A stretch of DNA of 64,000 nucleotides. Source: Eledone cirrhosa. Its lineage: Eukaryota. The notes beneath the pieces are model-generated. The model was not told the DNA's origin, ran no database searches, and was given only the letters and a program-made list of their open reading frames with translations. Location: positions 59,520,001-59,584,000 of the forward strand of contig OZ024740.1 in the NCBI GenBank assembly GCA_964016885.1, written 5' to 3'. How positions within the stretch are numbered: the first letter of the stretch is position 1; each line of letters begins with the position of its first letter. Shown here piece by piece: positions 1 through 12,039 of the stretch. The position numbers and the translations under genes are program-made.

Positions 1-69
1 TTATATTTCAAAGGTATATCAACATTAGAGAAACTAATCTTCCTGATCTCATTTTATTATTTTGTCATA

Positions 70-662
70 GTTTACAGCCCTTTATGTTCTGAGTTCCAAT
101 CCCACCAAGGTTAGCTTTGCTTTTCATCCTTGCAGGGTTGATAAAATAAAGTACCAGTGATGTACTAGTATCGATTTAATCAACTCTCCTTTTCTCCAAA
201 AATTATTGGCTTTGTATCTCAATTAGAAACCATTATTTCAGTGGATTGGCAGTATCAGTAGAGAGTCGGATGCCATGCTTTGCACCAAAGAGTTACGGCC
301 CTTTATGGTCTGAGTTCAAATGCCGCCGAGGTTAACTTTGCCTTTCATCCTTACGGGGTCGATAAAATAAAGTACCAGTAATGCACTGGTAAATTGCTGG
401 CCTTGTGCCAAAAGTAGAAACAATTATTTCATCATAGTAAGGGCAGTGGATTGGCAGTATTGGTAGAGTGTCAGACAGCATGCTTTATGGCGTGTAGTTA
501 TGGCTCTTTACATTCTCAGTTCAAATCTCACCGAGGTTAACTTTGCCTTTCATCCTTACGGTGTCGATAATTAAAGCACCAGTAATGCACTGGGATTGAT
601 TTTATTGACTCCCCCTCTCCCAAAATTGTTGGCTTTGTACCTAAATCAGAAACCATTATTTC
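70..662 (+). mobile_element. Three head-to-tail copies of a tRNA-headed SINE (family A, Meta/MESC-like core)
   Basis: Repeated unit ggcagtggattggcagta...gagttcaaatc (A/B box-like) + gttaactttgcctttcatccttacggggtcgataaaataaagtaccag + 3' end agaaacaattatt. The core assignment is from recall, not an alignment. Confidence 0.8.
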
Positions 663-675
663 ATCATAGTTTATT

Positions 676-2716
676 TCATCATCATCATCATCATCACCGT
701 TTTACGTCCGTTCTTCCATGCTAGCATGGGTTAGACGGGTTGTCCTGTTGTAGGCAGTGTTTAGTTGGCTGACCAAGCCTTGCTCATACAGGAACTGATT
801 TTGGCTTGATTTACAGCTGGATGCCCTTCCTAACACCAACCTCATTTACAGTGAGTGCTGGGTGCTTTTTCCATGGCGCCTACACGTCCACTTTACAGTG
901 TGGGCTGGGTGCTTTTTTGCCGTGGCACCTCCACAACCACCTTGCAGTGGGAGGGTGTGGGGGCATATTGTCTATATGCTTCAGCTTGTACCCATGGGAG
1001 GTCGGGTACTCTGTATTACTGCGTGACACCAGAGGTCACGGTCATGTGTCATCACCTTTGAGAGGTGTAATTGGGTAAGGTCGGCTTTTATCACCTCATC
1101 CCAGGTCTTCTTGGGTCTCCCCACTCCACGGTTACCATCGACTTCTAGTGCTCTGCACCTTTTTATGCAGCTGTCATCCTTCATACGCATCACATGTCCA
1201 TACCAATGCAACCGCTTCTCCTGCACACAGCATTTGATTCCTCTTATGCTTAGTCTCTCTCTCAATTCATTTATGCTTTGTTGTTCGCGTATATTACTAT
1301 TACACATCCATCGGAGCATGCAGGCTTCGTTTCTTTCTAATCTACGTAAGTCTTCCACCTTCAGCACCCAGGTCTCATTACCATGTAACATTGCTGTTCG
1401 GATACACGCATCATACAGTTTGCCTTTCATTTTGAGGGAGAAGCCTTTTGCAGCTAGCAGTGGCAGTAGTTCTCTGAACTTCTTCCATCCCGTTCTTACC
1501 CTAGTTATTGTACTTTCTGAACACCCACCTCCGCTGCTAATTCGGTCACCTAGGTAGCAGAAGCTGTCTACTGTTTCTACAGAGCCCTCCCAGAGATTGG
1601 TGGTACTTGTTTCCTGTGGCTGTTTGCTGCTTGCTGTCCAAGCACAGCTGCTGCATGTGAAGCCTACATTCTTAATTAAGCTTCCTGAGATCCTGCTACA
1701 TCTCTTGTATACCCATTGTTTGCATTTGGGGCAGAGAATGGAGTTCCTACCTACACCTTTCCTACATGCTGAGCAAGGCCATTTCTCTGAGGGGATCTGG
1801 GTTCTGTTTTCTCGTCTACTTACAAGGACCTTAGTCTTTGTCATGTTGACTTTGAGACCCTTTCTTTCTAGTCCCTGCTTCCAAGTTTGGAATTTCTTTT
1901 CTAGTTCTACCATAGATTCAGCTATAAGTGCGAGGTCATCAGCATACAGGAGTTCCCATGGGTATCCGGTCTTAAACTCCTCCGTTATTGCCTGCAGGAC
2001 TATGATGAACAGGAGAGGGCTAAGAACAGAGCCCTGGTGGACACCAACCTGTACGCTAAATTCCTCGCGATACTCATTGCTAATCCTAACTTTGCTGACT
2101 GCTCCCCTATACATGGCTTGTACAGCTTTCACAAGCCATTCATCTACTCCTAGTTTTCTAAGAGCCCACCAGATTATAGCACGTGGAACTCTGTCAAAGG
2201 CTTTCTCGAGATCGACGAATGCCAGGTAGAGTGGCTTACTTTTAGCTAGGTACTTTTCCTGTAACTGCCTCACAAGGAAGAGGGCATCAGTGGTGCCTCT
2301 TCCTGGTACAAACCAAAATTGCATCTCATCTAGTTTCACCTGGTCCCTAATCAACTGTGCTATAACTCTTTCTGTTACTTTCATGACCTGGTCCATCAGC
2401 TTTATACCTCGATAGTTTCCTCTATCTAGTGATTCACCTTTACCTTTGTAGCAGTTGACAATGATGCTACTGCACCAATCTTTCGGTATGACACCTTCTA
2501 GTATTACCTGGTTAACAACAATACGTGTCGTTATAGTGTGACCTACAGACCCAGATGCCTTCAGCATCTCAGCAACTATACCCAATGGACCGATTGCCTT
2601 CCCCATCTTCATATCTTTGATTGCCTTACTTACTATGCTGCTGCTGACTTGTACTGCTGGCCCCTCTATAGGGTCTACTTGGGGTAGGGTCTCTTCTTCC
2701 CATGCATTCTCCTCAT
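676..2716 (-). mobile_element. 5'-truncated RTE-clade LINE, divergent subfamily
   Basis: ORF 981..2612 with RT motifs FVDLEKAFDRV, VHQGSVLSP, YADD; (CAT)n tail at 676-697; coding similarity stops at about 2716 (NEENAWEE). Confidence 0.93.
981..2612 (-). CDS. RTE reverse transcriptase with embedded PHD-like zinc finger (5'-truncated)
   Basis: 543-aa ORF, clearly homologous to the C-terminal half of 12040..15480. Confidence 0.9.
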   Translation of the reverse strand: MKMGKAIGPLGIVAEMLKASGSVGHTITTRIVVNQVILEGVIPKDWCSSIIVNCYKGKGESLDRGNYRGIKLMDQVMKVTERVIAQLIRDQVKLDEMQFWFVPGRGTTDALFLVRQLQEKYLAKSKPLYLAFVDLEKAFDRVPRAIIWWALRKLGVDEWLVKAVQAMYRGAVSKVRISNEYREEFSVQVGVHQGSVLSPLLFIIVLQAITEEFKTGYPWELLYADDLALIAESMVELEKKFQTWKQGLERKGLKVNMTKTKVLVSRRENRTQIPSEKWPCSACRKGVGRNSILCPKCKQWVYKRCSRISGSLIKNVGFTCSSCAWTASSKQPQETSTTNLWEGSVETVDSFCYLGDRISSGGGCSESTITRVRTGWKKFRELLPLLAAKGFSLKMKGKLYDACIRTAMLHGNETWVLKVEDLRRLERNEACMLRWMCNSNIREQQSINELRERLSIRGIKCCVQEKRLHWYGHVMRMKDDSCIKRCRALEVDGNRGVGRPKKTWDEVIKADLTQLHLSKVMTHDRDLWCHAVIQSTRPPMGTS

Positions 2717-3460
2717 GATATTTAGTAGTACCAAATATAAGAAAATGTATGTTTTTTTATCTGAATTTTCATGATAAATGGTGAGTCTAAAAAATAAGAA
2801 GCTGGAAACAATTTTTACTAAAATTTTATAAATAATTAAATTATTTGATTTAAGTTTCTAACACAGTATTAATTATTTTATCTTTTTTTTAATAATAACT
2901 AAAACAATTAACGAACACATAAGAGGAAAAAATGGATGTTTTTGTATCTAATAATGAAACTATAGTTTGTTGTTAAGTAGAGAGCTAATGGCATACAATA
3001 GATGGTGTAATGGAAGTGAGATAAAATAAATTACGTCCATGTTTGTAAGTTTGTCAATGAATGAAAACTGATTAAAATGATAACAATATACTTTGTTGTC
3101 TTAAACTATGTTTTTCGGGGAGAGTCGGTCTGGGTTTTTTCCTATAAAATTTTAACTGGTCATCACAAAAAGAATTACAAAGTATTACATTTATATTTGA
3201 AGTGTCTCACCATCATCAATATTTGATGTCCACTTTTCAAGTTGGCATGGGTTAGATGGATTGTTACAGTCCAAGATTAGATCAATCAGAGAAACCTCAT
3301 AATGGTGGCCTATCTGCTTTTCAATATTTCTTTGACTGCCACTCTGTTTCTAGGAGGAGGAAGAGGACAAGGATGACAACACCACTTCCATCACCATTTC
3401 TTCTTTCTTTAAAGTTTACATGTTTGCTTAAATACCTGTATTTTTACATCAGTACACATG

Positions 3461-4307
3461 CATCATCATCATCATCATCATCAACGTTTAACGTCCGTGT
3501 TCCACGCTTGCATGGGTTTGGACGGGGGTAGTCCCACTTGAGGCAAGAGTGATTGTCTTGCTTGCATAGGACTGTCTGGCAGGTTTTCTACAGTTGGATG
3601 CCCTTCCTAACACCAACCACATTTACAGTGTGGGTCTGGGAGGTTTTTACCGTGCTGCCTACACGGCCACATTACAGCGTGGACTGTGTGTTTTTTTGTC
3701 GTGACACCTACACGATCTCATTTGTTTCGGCCTGGATGGCGCGGCACCAACATAACTTTACATAGAATGGGGTGGTGTGGATGGGGTGGGGGTGGTGGGA
3801 CGGGGTGTATTTTGTTAGAGATGCCTACTGGCTGTAGTAGGTTTTACTATGTATTTAGGTAAGGCGGGTCTTCTCTGTTACTGAGTACCGCCAAAGGTCT
3901 CGGTCCAGTGACATTGTCTTGGAGAGGTGTAAGTGTGTGAGGTCGGAGTTTATCAGATCGTCCCAGGTTTTTCTGGGTCTGCCTATTCCATGGCTACCGT
4001 CTACCTTTATTGCCCTGCACTTTGTTATACAGCTATCGACTTTCATGCGCATCACGTGTCCATACCAACGCAGCCTTCTCTCGAGTAAACAACATCTGAT
4101 CCCTCTTATCTCTAATTTTTTCCTTAGTTCGTTTATGCTTTGCCGTTCACGTATATTACTGTTACACATCCAGCGGAGCATGCAAGCTTCGTTCCTCTCT
4201 AGTCTGTGTATATCCTCTGCACACAATGCCCAGGTCTCACTGCCATGCAACATTGCTGTTCGTATGCAGGCATCATACAACCTGCCTTTCATTTTTAGGG
4301 AGAACCC
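3461..4307 (-). mobile_element. 5'-truncated RTE LINE 3' fragment
   Basis: ORF 3855..4352 matches the RTE C-terminus (RRLRWYGHVMRM, GRPRKTW); 3' UTR and (CAT)n tail present. Confidence 0.93.
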
Positions 4308-4934
4308 ATACATATATGTCGATTTAGATTTTATTTTCTTATCCATAAACACTTGCTTGTCTGGTGAGTTCTGTCAACAAATTTACAAAGTTAGCTACAG
4401 GAACTAAGATAGATTCCAATTAATTTAACCTCTCAGGTGAGCCTTTGTATTCAGTAAACTCACTGTATTTCTTACTATACACACATACATCTGATAACAG
4501 ATTGGCATTTTTTTTATTTATTTATTTAGCATTTTGTAATTCTTCTGTTACAAAGTATTACTTCTGTAATTTCTGCTTTCAACATTCTGAGACAGAAATC
4601 ATACCTGTACATACAGGTAGGCCTGTTTAGCTGCCTGACCAATGCATACTCATATAAATGAGCTAACTAGTTTCTCTTTTCCATTTTCACTCACCCCTTT
4701 CTCTTACTGTAATTTCCAAATTTCATCTCCTTTAAACATGACAACCATATAAATTATTTATTACTCAAGAGATCCTTTTTCCCCAACAATTCCTACCGCT
4801 GATGCTATATTTGTTTCTTCATCTTCATACTATACTCCATATAACACACATAAAATCAATCTAGTTCCACATTACTGACCATTTCAATTACACTTCAACT
4901 ACCCCAATCTATTACATCCCATGCATGCTAATGA

Positions 4935-6065
4935 GGAAATCTCTTCAAGGCTGTTCGATCTGCTAGAAATAGTAGCCAAATCTTCATCAGTTCACACTAT
5001 ATAGTTTTAAAAAAGGAAGGACATGTTGGACAATATAGTCATAGATATACAAAAAGACCAGGTGGTTTAAGCTAGAATACCTTAGATCATAGGTCAGCTC
5101 AATCAGAGCTGATCTGGAGCTAAACAACAACCAAAAACAGCTGTATTATATGCAAGCTCAGTAATGCAGTGTTCACAGGTGAATCAGAGTACTGTTTAGG
5201 TTAGAGTTTCTGTGAGCATCTTGAAGTTTGCAACAATGTTCAAGAAATCTTCAAAACCTGTTGTCCACCATTTCTATTTGTCAGGGCACTTTACAGTCCA
5301 GCTCTATAAATCTCCTCATAACTACAAACATCATTACTTTTGGAGTGCCTTTACCTAATAGTATCAACAATTTATTTTTCAAATCAACAGGAGAACTTCT
5401 ACATCAGTGTTTCTCAACCCTTTTTCATGCCTGCACCCCATAAATTGTTTTAATATGTTCTCACACCTCTTTAAAATATAATAATTTATTATAGATAAAG
5501 GAGACAAATTAATACTAAATTTGAGCAAAAAATTTATATAATCTAATTTTTTAATAATATGTAAACAAAAATGAAACACACAGAAGAGAAAAAATATTAT
5601 AACAAATTAAAACTTGAATAATACTATTAATAAAAAACAAAATACTTCACCCCCAGGGGTTGCGATCACCACTGGTTGGGAAACCCTGTTCTACATGGTC
5701 ATTTGACTAGCTAGAAATAGTAGCCAAATCTTCTTTATTAAAACTGCAATATTAAAAAAAAATAAGGCAGGACACATTGGGTAATATAGTAATAGTTGCA
5801 TTATTGTTAAAAATAAATCATGGATGATCATTACTAGAATACTTTGGTCATAGTTTTGTTTGATCAAGATCAATCAGGAGCTAAATAACAACAACTGCTT
5901 ATCTTTTGAACCAACAATCACATCCTACCATCCTAAGAAAGGAATGGTTACATTAGATAATGTAGTCCTAAATATACTATACCTAAAAACAAAGAAAGCT
6001 AGAATTACTCAAATCATAGCTCTGCTTAATCAAAGCTTACCTGGAGCTAAGCAACAACAACAACT
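4935..6065 (+). repeat. Decayed copies of a second interspersed repeat ending in (CAA)n
   Basis: ctagaaatagtagccaaatct...gatcatagg...aatcagagctgatctggagctaaacaacaac recurs at about 4960-5135, 5697-5895 and 5930-6062, also at 22310-22378 and inverted at about 23010-23120. Confidence 0.6.
5405..5688. mobile_element. hAT (Charlie-like) MITE
   Basis: TIRs cagtgtttctcaacc / ggttgggaaaccctg; exact 8-bp TSD ttctacat at 5397-5404 and 5689-5696. Confidence 0.88.
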
Positions 6066-6493
6066 GTTACAACAACATACTATATCTTTCTCTTAATTCT
6101 ACCCATCCCCTTTACCACCATCCTCTCCTCCTCCTCCATTTTCTTTCTTTCCTTAAAGCAGTCTTCCTGCTTGTTTACATTCCACCTTTTCTACATCTGT
6201 ACCCATGCATACATATGGGTATGTCATTTTAGATGAACAAATTGGTTGCCATGACCTTTTCCTCTTCGTTGTTTCCTATCCTTTTGCTTACCCTCAAATT
6301 GTTTCCCCACCACCAAATACTCACCCCAGTCCTACATCTTCTCCCACCCCATCCCAACTTCCTATAATTTTATGTACATGTTCTAGAATGTGTATGCATG
6401 TGTATCTATGTGCATGAGCTACTAGAAAGAACAGCCAAATTTATAGAAATGCATGTGAGTGAGTGTTTCTATGTGTGTGTGTATGTGCATTTG

Positions 6494-8332
6494 CATCATC
6501 ATCATCATCATCATCAACGTTTAACGTCCGTGTTCCACGCTTGCATGGGTTTGGACGGGGGTAGTCCCACTTGAGGCAAGAGTGATTGTCTTGCTCGCAT
6601 AGGACTGTCTGGCAGGTTTTCTACAGTTGGATGCCCTTCCTAACACCAACCACATTTACAGTGTGGGTCTGGGAGGTTTTTACCGTGTTGCCTACACGGC
6701 CACATTACAGCGTGGACTGTGTGTTTTTTTGTCGTGACACCTACACGATCTCATTTGTTTCGGCCTCGATGGCGCGGCACCAACATAACTTTACATAGAA
6801 CGGGGTGGTGTGGATCGGGTGGGGGTGGTGGTGGTGGGACGGGGTGTATTTTGTTAGAGATGCCTACTGGCTGGAGTAGGTTTTACTATATATTTAGGTA
6901 AGGCGGGTCTTCTCTGTTACTGAGTACCGCCAAAGGTCTCGGTCCAGTGACATTGTCTTGGAGAGGTGTAAGTGTGTGATGTCGGAGTTTATCAGCTCGT
7001 CCCAGGTTTTTCTAGGTCTGCCTATTCCGTGACTACCGTCTATCTTTATTGCCCTGCACTTTGTTATACAGCTATCGACTTTCATGCGCATCACGTGTCC
7101 ATACCAACGTAGCCTTCTCTCGAGTAAACAACATCTGATCCCTCTTATCTCTAATTTTTTCCTTAGTTCGTTTATGCTTTGCCGTTCACGTATATTACTG
7201 TTACACATCCAGCGGAGCATGCAAGCTTCGTTCCTCTCTAGTCTGCGTATATCCTCTGCACACAATGCCCAGGTCTCACTGCCATGCAGCATTGCTGTTC
7301 GTATGCAGGCATCGTACAACCTGCCTTTCATTTTTAGTGAGAACCCTTTAGCAGCTAATAGTGGTATAAGCTCTCTGAACTTTTTCCAACCAGTTCTGAC
7401 TCTAGCTACAGTACTTTCAGAGCACCCTCCCCCACTGCTGATTTTATCGCCCAGGTAACGGAAGCTGTCCACTATTTCTATAGAACCCTCTGCGCAATTG
7501 AAAGAGCTAGTAGTTGTGGGCACTTGCTGCTACTTATTGCACCAGAGCACCGGCCACATGTAAAATCTATGTTCTTAGTTAGCTTACCTGTGATCCCACT
7601 ACATCTTTTATGCACCCATACTTTGCATTTAGGACATAAAATGGAGTTTCTACCTACGCCTTTCCTACACACCGAGCACGACCATTTCCCAGAAGGGACC
7701 GCCGCCTTGTTTTCTTTCCTACAAACTAGTACTTTGGTCTTAGCCAGGTTAATTTTAAGTCCTTTTGACTCTAGGCCGTGCTTCCATGTTTGGAATTTCT
7801 TCTCTAGCTCGGCCATTGATTCCGCTATGAGTGTCAGGTCATCTGCGTATAGGAGTTCCCATGGGCAGCCTGTCTTGAACTCCTCTGTTATAGCCTGAAG
7901 GGCAATAATAAATAGTAGTGGACTGAGAACAGAGCCCTGATGGACGCCAACTTTTACGCTAAACTCTTCACTATATTCGTTGTTAATTCTAACCTTGCTG
8001 ACTGTTTCTTTATACATGGCTTGTATAGCCCTCACAAGCCATTCGTCAACGCCTAGTTTTCTAAGAGCCCACCAGATAATGGAGCGGGGGACTCTGTCGA
8101 AGGCTTTCTCCAAGTCGACAAAAGCTAAGTAGAGGGGTTTACCTTTAGCTAGGTACTTCTCCTGTAGTTGTCGTACTATGAAAAGAGCGTCTGTGGTACT
8201 TTTGCCTGACACAAACCCGAACTGCATTTCATCTAGGTCAATTCTCTCTCTGATTAGTTGCGCTATTACTTTTTCCGTGACCTTCATGACCTGGTCGATT
8301 AATTTAATGCCTCTATAGTTACTCCTATCTAG
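6494..8332 (-). mobile_element. 5'-truncated RTE LINE, near-identical to the intact copy (14041-15873), with one frameshift near 7515
   Basis: ORFs 7478..8287 and 6894..7523 together reproduce the RT, PHD and C-terminal region; 3' UTR and (CAT)n tail present. Confidence 0.95.
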
Positions 8333-8610
8333 GCATATGTATATATTTACATATGTGTTTGTATATGCATTCTATACTGCCTCCCTTTGTATGTAGATAT
8401 ACATACATAAGAATATTTAGAGTTTAGGGCACATGCTTGTGTGTATGTGTATCTATATACATATGTATATATATATATATACATGCATATATTATATGTA
8501 TATAAACATATGCAGACATACATATAAACATACACATGCACACATATATATATATGTGTGTATATATATATACACACGGGTACATATAAGTACATATATA
8601 TATATATGTA

Positions 8611-8992
8611 CTCTCAGGTCTTGAATAATGCCCCCCCCCCCCCCCACCGCGCTTATTAATTTCTCAGATTTTTTCCAAACCTCCACTTTTATTCCAACCC
8701 TACTGTTTTTATTCCCTGCCACTCCCCTGCCCTTACTAAATGTTGCTAATCTATCTCCGGTGAAATGTTATTGTAAGTGATTAATATCGATACACCAGCT
8801 GGAGAATCTAATGAATATCTTATTTTACATTAAAAAACATTATATATGAGAAAAAATAACAAGAAATCCTATATTTACGAATGTATACTATACAATTACC
8901 GATTTCCCAAATGCCCGCTTATAAGAACTTAAGCAAATGTCCACCCACCCCCTCACTTATTTCAACCCCACCTATTATTTGGGACCTGAGAG
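8611..8992. mobile_element. Tc1/mariner-type MITE
   Basis: TIRs ctctcaggtc...aataat / attatt...gacctgagag flanked by TA (8609-8610, 8993-8994). Confidence 0.75.
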
Positions 8993-9005
8993 TATGTATG
9001 TATGT

Positions 9006-9979
9006 TATCTCTTTCTCTTAATTTCGAGTATATTTTTTTTTACCGGCCACCTTCCTGGTGGCAAGGTTGTAAAAGAAAAGAAATTGTCATCCCTTGAATC
9101 GCAAGAATGTTTTGCAAATTTTGAAGGTGCCAGCTATCGCAGCCATTTGTAGACTATGAATTAGGGAGCTGCGCTTTTTGTCCGCAAATCCAAGTTCAGT
9201 CATACTTTGGTCCAAACGGGTTGGTATATAACCCGTAGCTCCAATAATGATGGGTATGAAGCTAAAGGTGTATCTTGGATACTGGATTTGTAAACTCCTC
9301 ATCAATGGTCCGTAGATGTCCCCCTTCTCCTGTATTTTTCTGACAACGTTTACATCAAGTGGGCAGCTGATCTCCACAACAGAACACGTTTTCAATGTGT
9401 GGTCCCAAACAACAATATCAGGCCGGTTGTGCTTTAATTTGGTGGCAGTTTTTATTTTCAGGTTCCACCAGTATTCCTTAGTGCCAACTGTCTCAATATA
9501 TTCTTCCTCGTTTGTTGTTAATTTTGTTTTCCGAAGTGCATTCCAGATGGTTCTAGCTATCCCATTGTGTCTCATAGGGAGGTAGTAGCGAGATGACATT
9601 CTTTCGCAGCTGGCAACAATGTGGCTTATATCCGCGATCTTTGTTTTACATAGCCTACATTTATTGTCACCTGCTGGCCCTCCTCTTTTGTGCAGCAGAT
9701 ATTTGGTAGGGAGTTCTTGTTCCTGTATTGCATAGAGATATCCCTCAAGGTTTGATGTCATAAACTTGTCGGAACTCCATGCCAGGCTTTTTGAGTGGTT
9801 TATCCCCTCTATGGTCTGTGTTTTACGTCTCAAGTATCCATGCACAACTTTTTCTGTAAATTGGTCAATTTTTTTTATCTTGTTTGAACATTGAATAGGA
9901 TCTTCCGATTTCTCTGGGTGAGAGATTTATATCAGACTTTATTCCATATCTCTCCTCCAGATCAGTCGCTATTCTAATG

Positions 9980-9980
<1 letters not shown>
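9006..9980 (-). mobile_element. 5'-truncated R4/Dong-like non-LTR retrotransposon (restriction-like endonuclease)
   Basis: ORF 9087..9845: HG..L motif, AIQEQELPT, CCHC knuckle CRLC..HIVASC, RHN, HNRPDIVV..EISCP. Upstream coding continues past a probable frameshift at about 9865. Confidence 0.88.
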
Positions 9981-10010
<30 letters not shown>

Positions 10011-10048
10011 TGTATGTATGTATGTATGTATGTATGTATGTATGTATG
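9981..10048. repeat. (TATG)n microsatellite
   Basis: About 17 perfect units. Confidence 0.97.
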
Positions 10049-10517
10049 TCAAAGGGCAAAGGAGCTCTTAAGAGTCAATGGCCATCCAAAATCACCAGGA
10101 GAGATGACCCCTTAGCCTTTGTCAAGGCAGAATTCTAGGAGAAGGAAAACTCTGATATAACATCTGCAACCCTGATGGTATCCAATAATATTGACTTGTT
10201 CTTCTTTTTGGTAAATATCATCTTGGTTAAGAGAGTGGGACTGGCTTTGTGCAGTGCCTTTGCTCACTATAAAAGCTTCACGGCACAGGCATTGCTTTAT
10301 ATCTGGAGATCTCTCTGCACTTATTGTCACATGGTTCCATGGGCCCAGCACTATGTGTCAATAATTGTCACAAGTGTAGTGTTTGTACCAGAGTTTTCAA
10401 GTCGCTGGCTGGACTAAAAAGTCACACTCATTCAGCGCATCGGTGGGGGTTCTCCTACATGGATATAAAGTAGTGGCCGTACTCGAAAACGAGTTGGCAG
10501 CCACCATGTATGTATGT
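10049..10517 (+). mobile_element. Unclassified non-autonomous retroelement ending in (TATG)n
   Basis: Contains ctaggagaaggaaaactctgat, which I recall from RTE-type 5' UTRs; bounded by TATG repeats on both sides. Confidence 0.35.
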
Positions 10518-10643
10518 GTTTCATATAGAAATTACTTCAATAGGACTAGAACTGTTTTATTCATTTGCAATAATCAGGGTGTTATTTTTCCAGACAAGAG
10601 TCTATGAGAGTGTTCAATATACATCTATATATGTATATATGTG

Positions 10644-10939
10644 AAGGCACATAGTTTAGTGGTTAGTGTGTTCAGTCCATGATTGCGAGGTTGTGACTTT
10701 CATTTTTGGCAGTAAATTGTGTCCTTGAGCAAGACACTTTATTTCAGATTGCTACAGTCTACTCAGCTGGTAAAAATGTGTTGTACCTGTAATTCAATGG
10801 TCCAGCCTTGTCACACACTGTGCCATGCCGAATTTCACTCTCTTGAATGCTCAACTACTTGCATGTTAATTTTACAAGCAAGCTGTTTTGTTAATCAAAC
10901 AACTGGCACACTCATCATTGGAACTAATGGAGGCTCAAC

Positions 10940-10975
<36 letters not shown>
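10644..10975 (+). mobile_element. tRNA-headed SINE family B
   Basis: ggcacatagtttagtggttag...gtgtccttgagcaagacactttatttc...cagctggtaaaaatg; related copies at about 24862-25180, 40768-41040 and 34480-34745 (-). Confidence 0.7.
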
Positions 10976-10976
<1 letters not shown>

Positions 10977-11106
10977 TATATATATATATATATATATACT
11001 TTGATATCTGTATATATATATATATATACTTTGACATCTGTATATATATATATATATATATCATCATCATCATCATCATCATCGTTTAACGTCCATCTTC
11101 CACGCT

Positions 11107-11167
<61 letters not shown>

Positions 11168-11302
11168 TTTGATATCTGTATAACATAACATCTTTTCATA
11201 ACTCCTGCTTTTCAATATGATATTACTGACACTGTCAATAGTAATGTATCTTTATAAATGTTCTGAGGATTAGGATTATAATTTCTTGTTTTAACATTGT
11301 GT

Positions 11303-11351
11303 TTGCTCCGATGATTCCAGACATTTATCTGGAAGAAACAATTGTCAGCAA
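11303..11351 (+). ncRNA. Minimal type I hammerhead ribozyme, CCGAUGA core variant (Penelope pseudo-LTR type)
   Basis: ttgct-CCGATGA-ttccaga(cattta)tctggaa-GAAA-caattg-TC^-agcaa: stem I 5 bp, stem II 7 bp, palindromic stem III ACAATTGT, GUC site at 11344-11346. Confidence 0.78.
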
Positions 11352-11722
11352 TTAAATGTATTAAACTAAAATTTGATTGTTTTATATTTTGTATCTCGGC
11401 TCTGTAATACATTTGATAATTTACATTGAGCCTTTTCTCTTACTGGTAACTGGCTAGTTCTTAGTACTACCCTTTCATATTTATACCTGAACAAATTTTG
11501 TATTTTTGTTAATCGCTTGTTAAATGCATAGACCCATCTCAATCATTACCTTCTTGCTAGCTATTTTCAAACCTTAATTCCTAACGTATTTTCAAACCCC
11601 AATCCCTAATTCTAGCGTATCTTCAAAACAAAAAAGCAAAATCCTTTCCTTCTTCCTTCTTCGAAGGCACGGGGCGGTCAAACGCCTAACACCCACAGCC
11701 ATCATGTGGCCCCCTACCCTCG

Positions 11723-11766
<44 letters not shown>

Positions 11767-12039
11767 ATAAATATATGATAGGAATTCACTTCGCCAAATT
11801 TCATTTCTTTGCCTGCTGTCCAAACGAAACTCATGTAAACGTAATGTACAGACTTCATCTCTCTCTCTCTCTCTCCTAGCGTATTTTCAAAACAATCCAC
11901 ATTTCGTATTTCAAGTCCAAATAGCCATTCTATCGCTAAAACAAACTACATTTTCTGTTTCTATTAAGTGCTAAATACGTTTAGGTTTTTGGACGTATTT
12001 AACTGAACAAATTTTGTATTTTTGTTAATCGCTTGTTAA

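Noticed and set aside
241-330. tRNA genes
   Set aside because: The A/B-box-like heads run directly into SINE bodies and do not form complete cloverleaves.
1111-2229. Antisense and overlapping ORFs within the RTE and Tx1 copies
   Set aside because: Shadow ORFs of LINE coding sequence, with no recognisable motifs and inconsistent boundaries between copies.
11640-11725. HDV-like ribozyme in the RTE 5' region
   Set aside because: Only two small hairpins are visible; I could not build the nested double pseudoknot.
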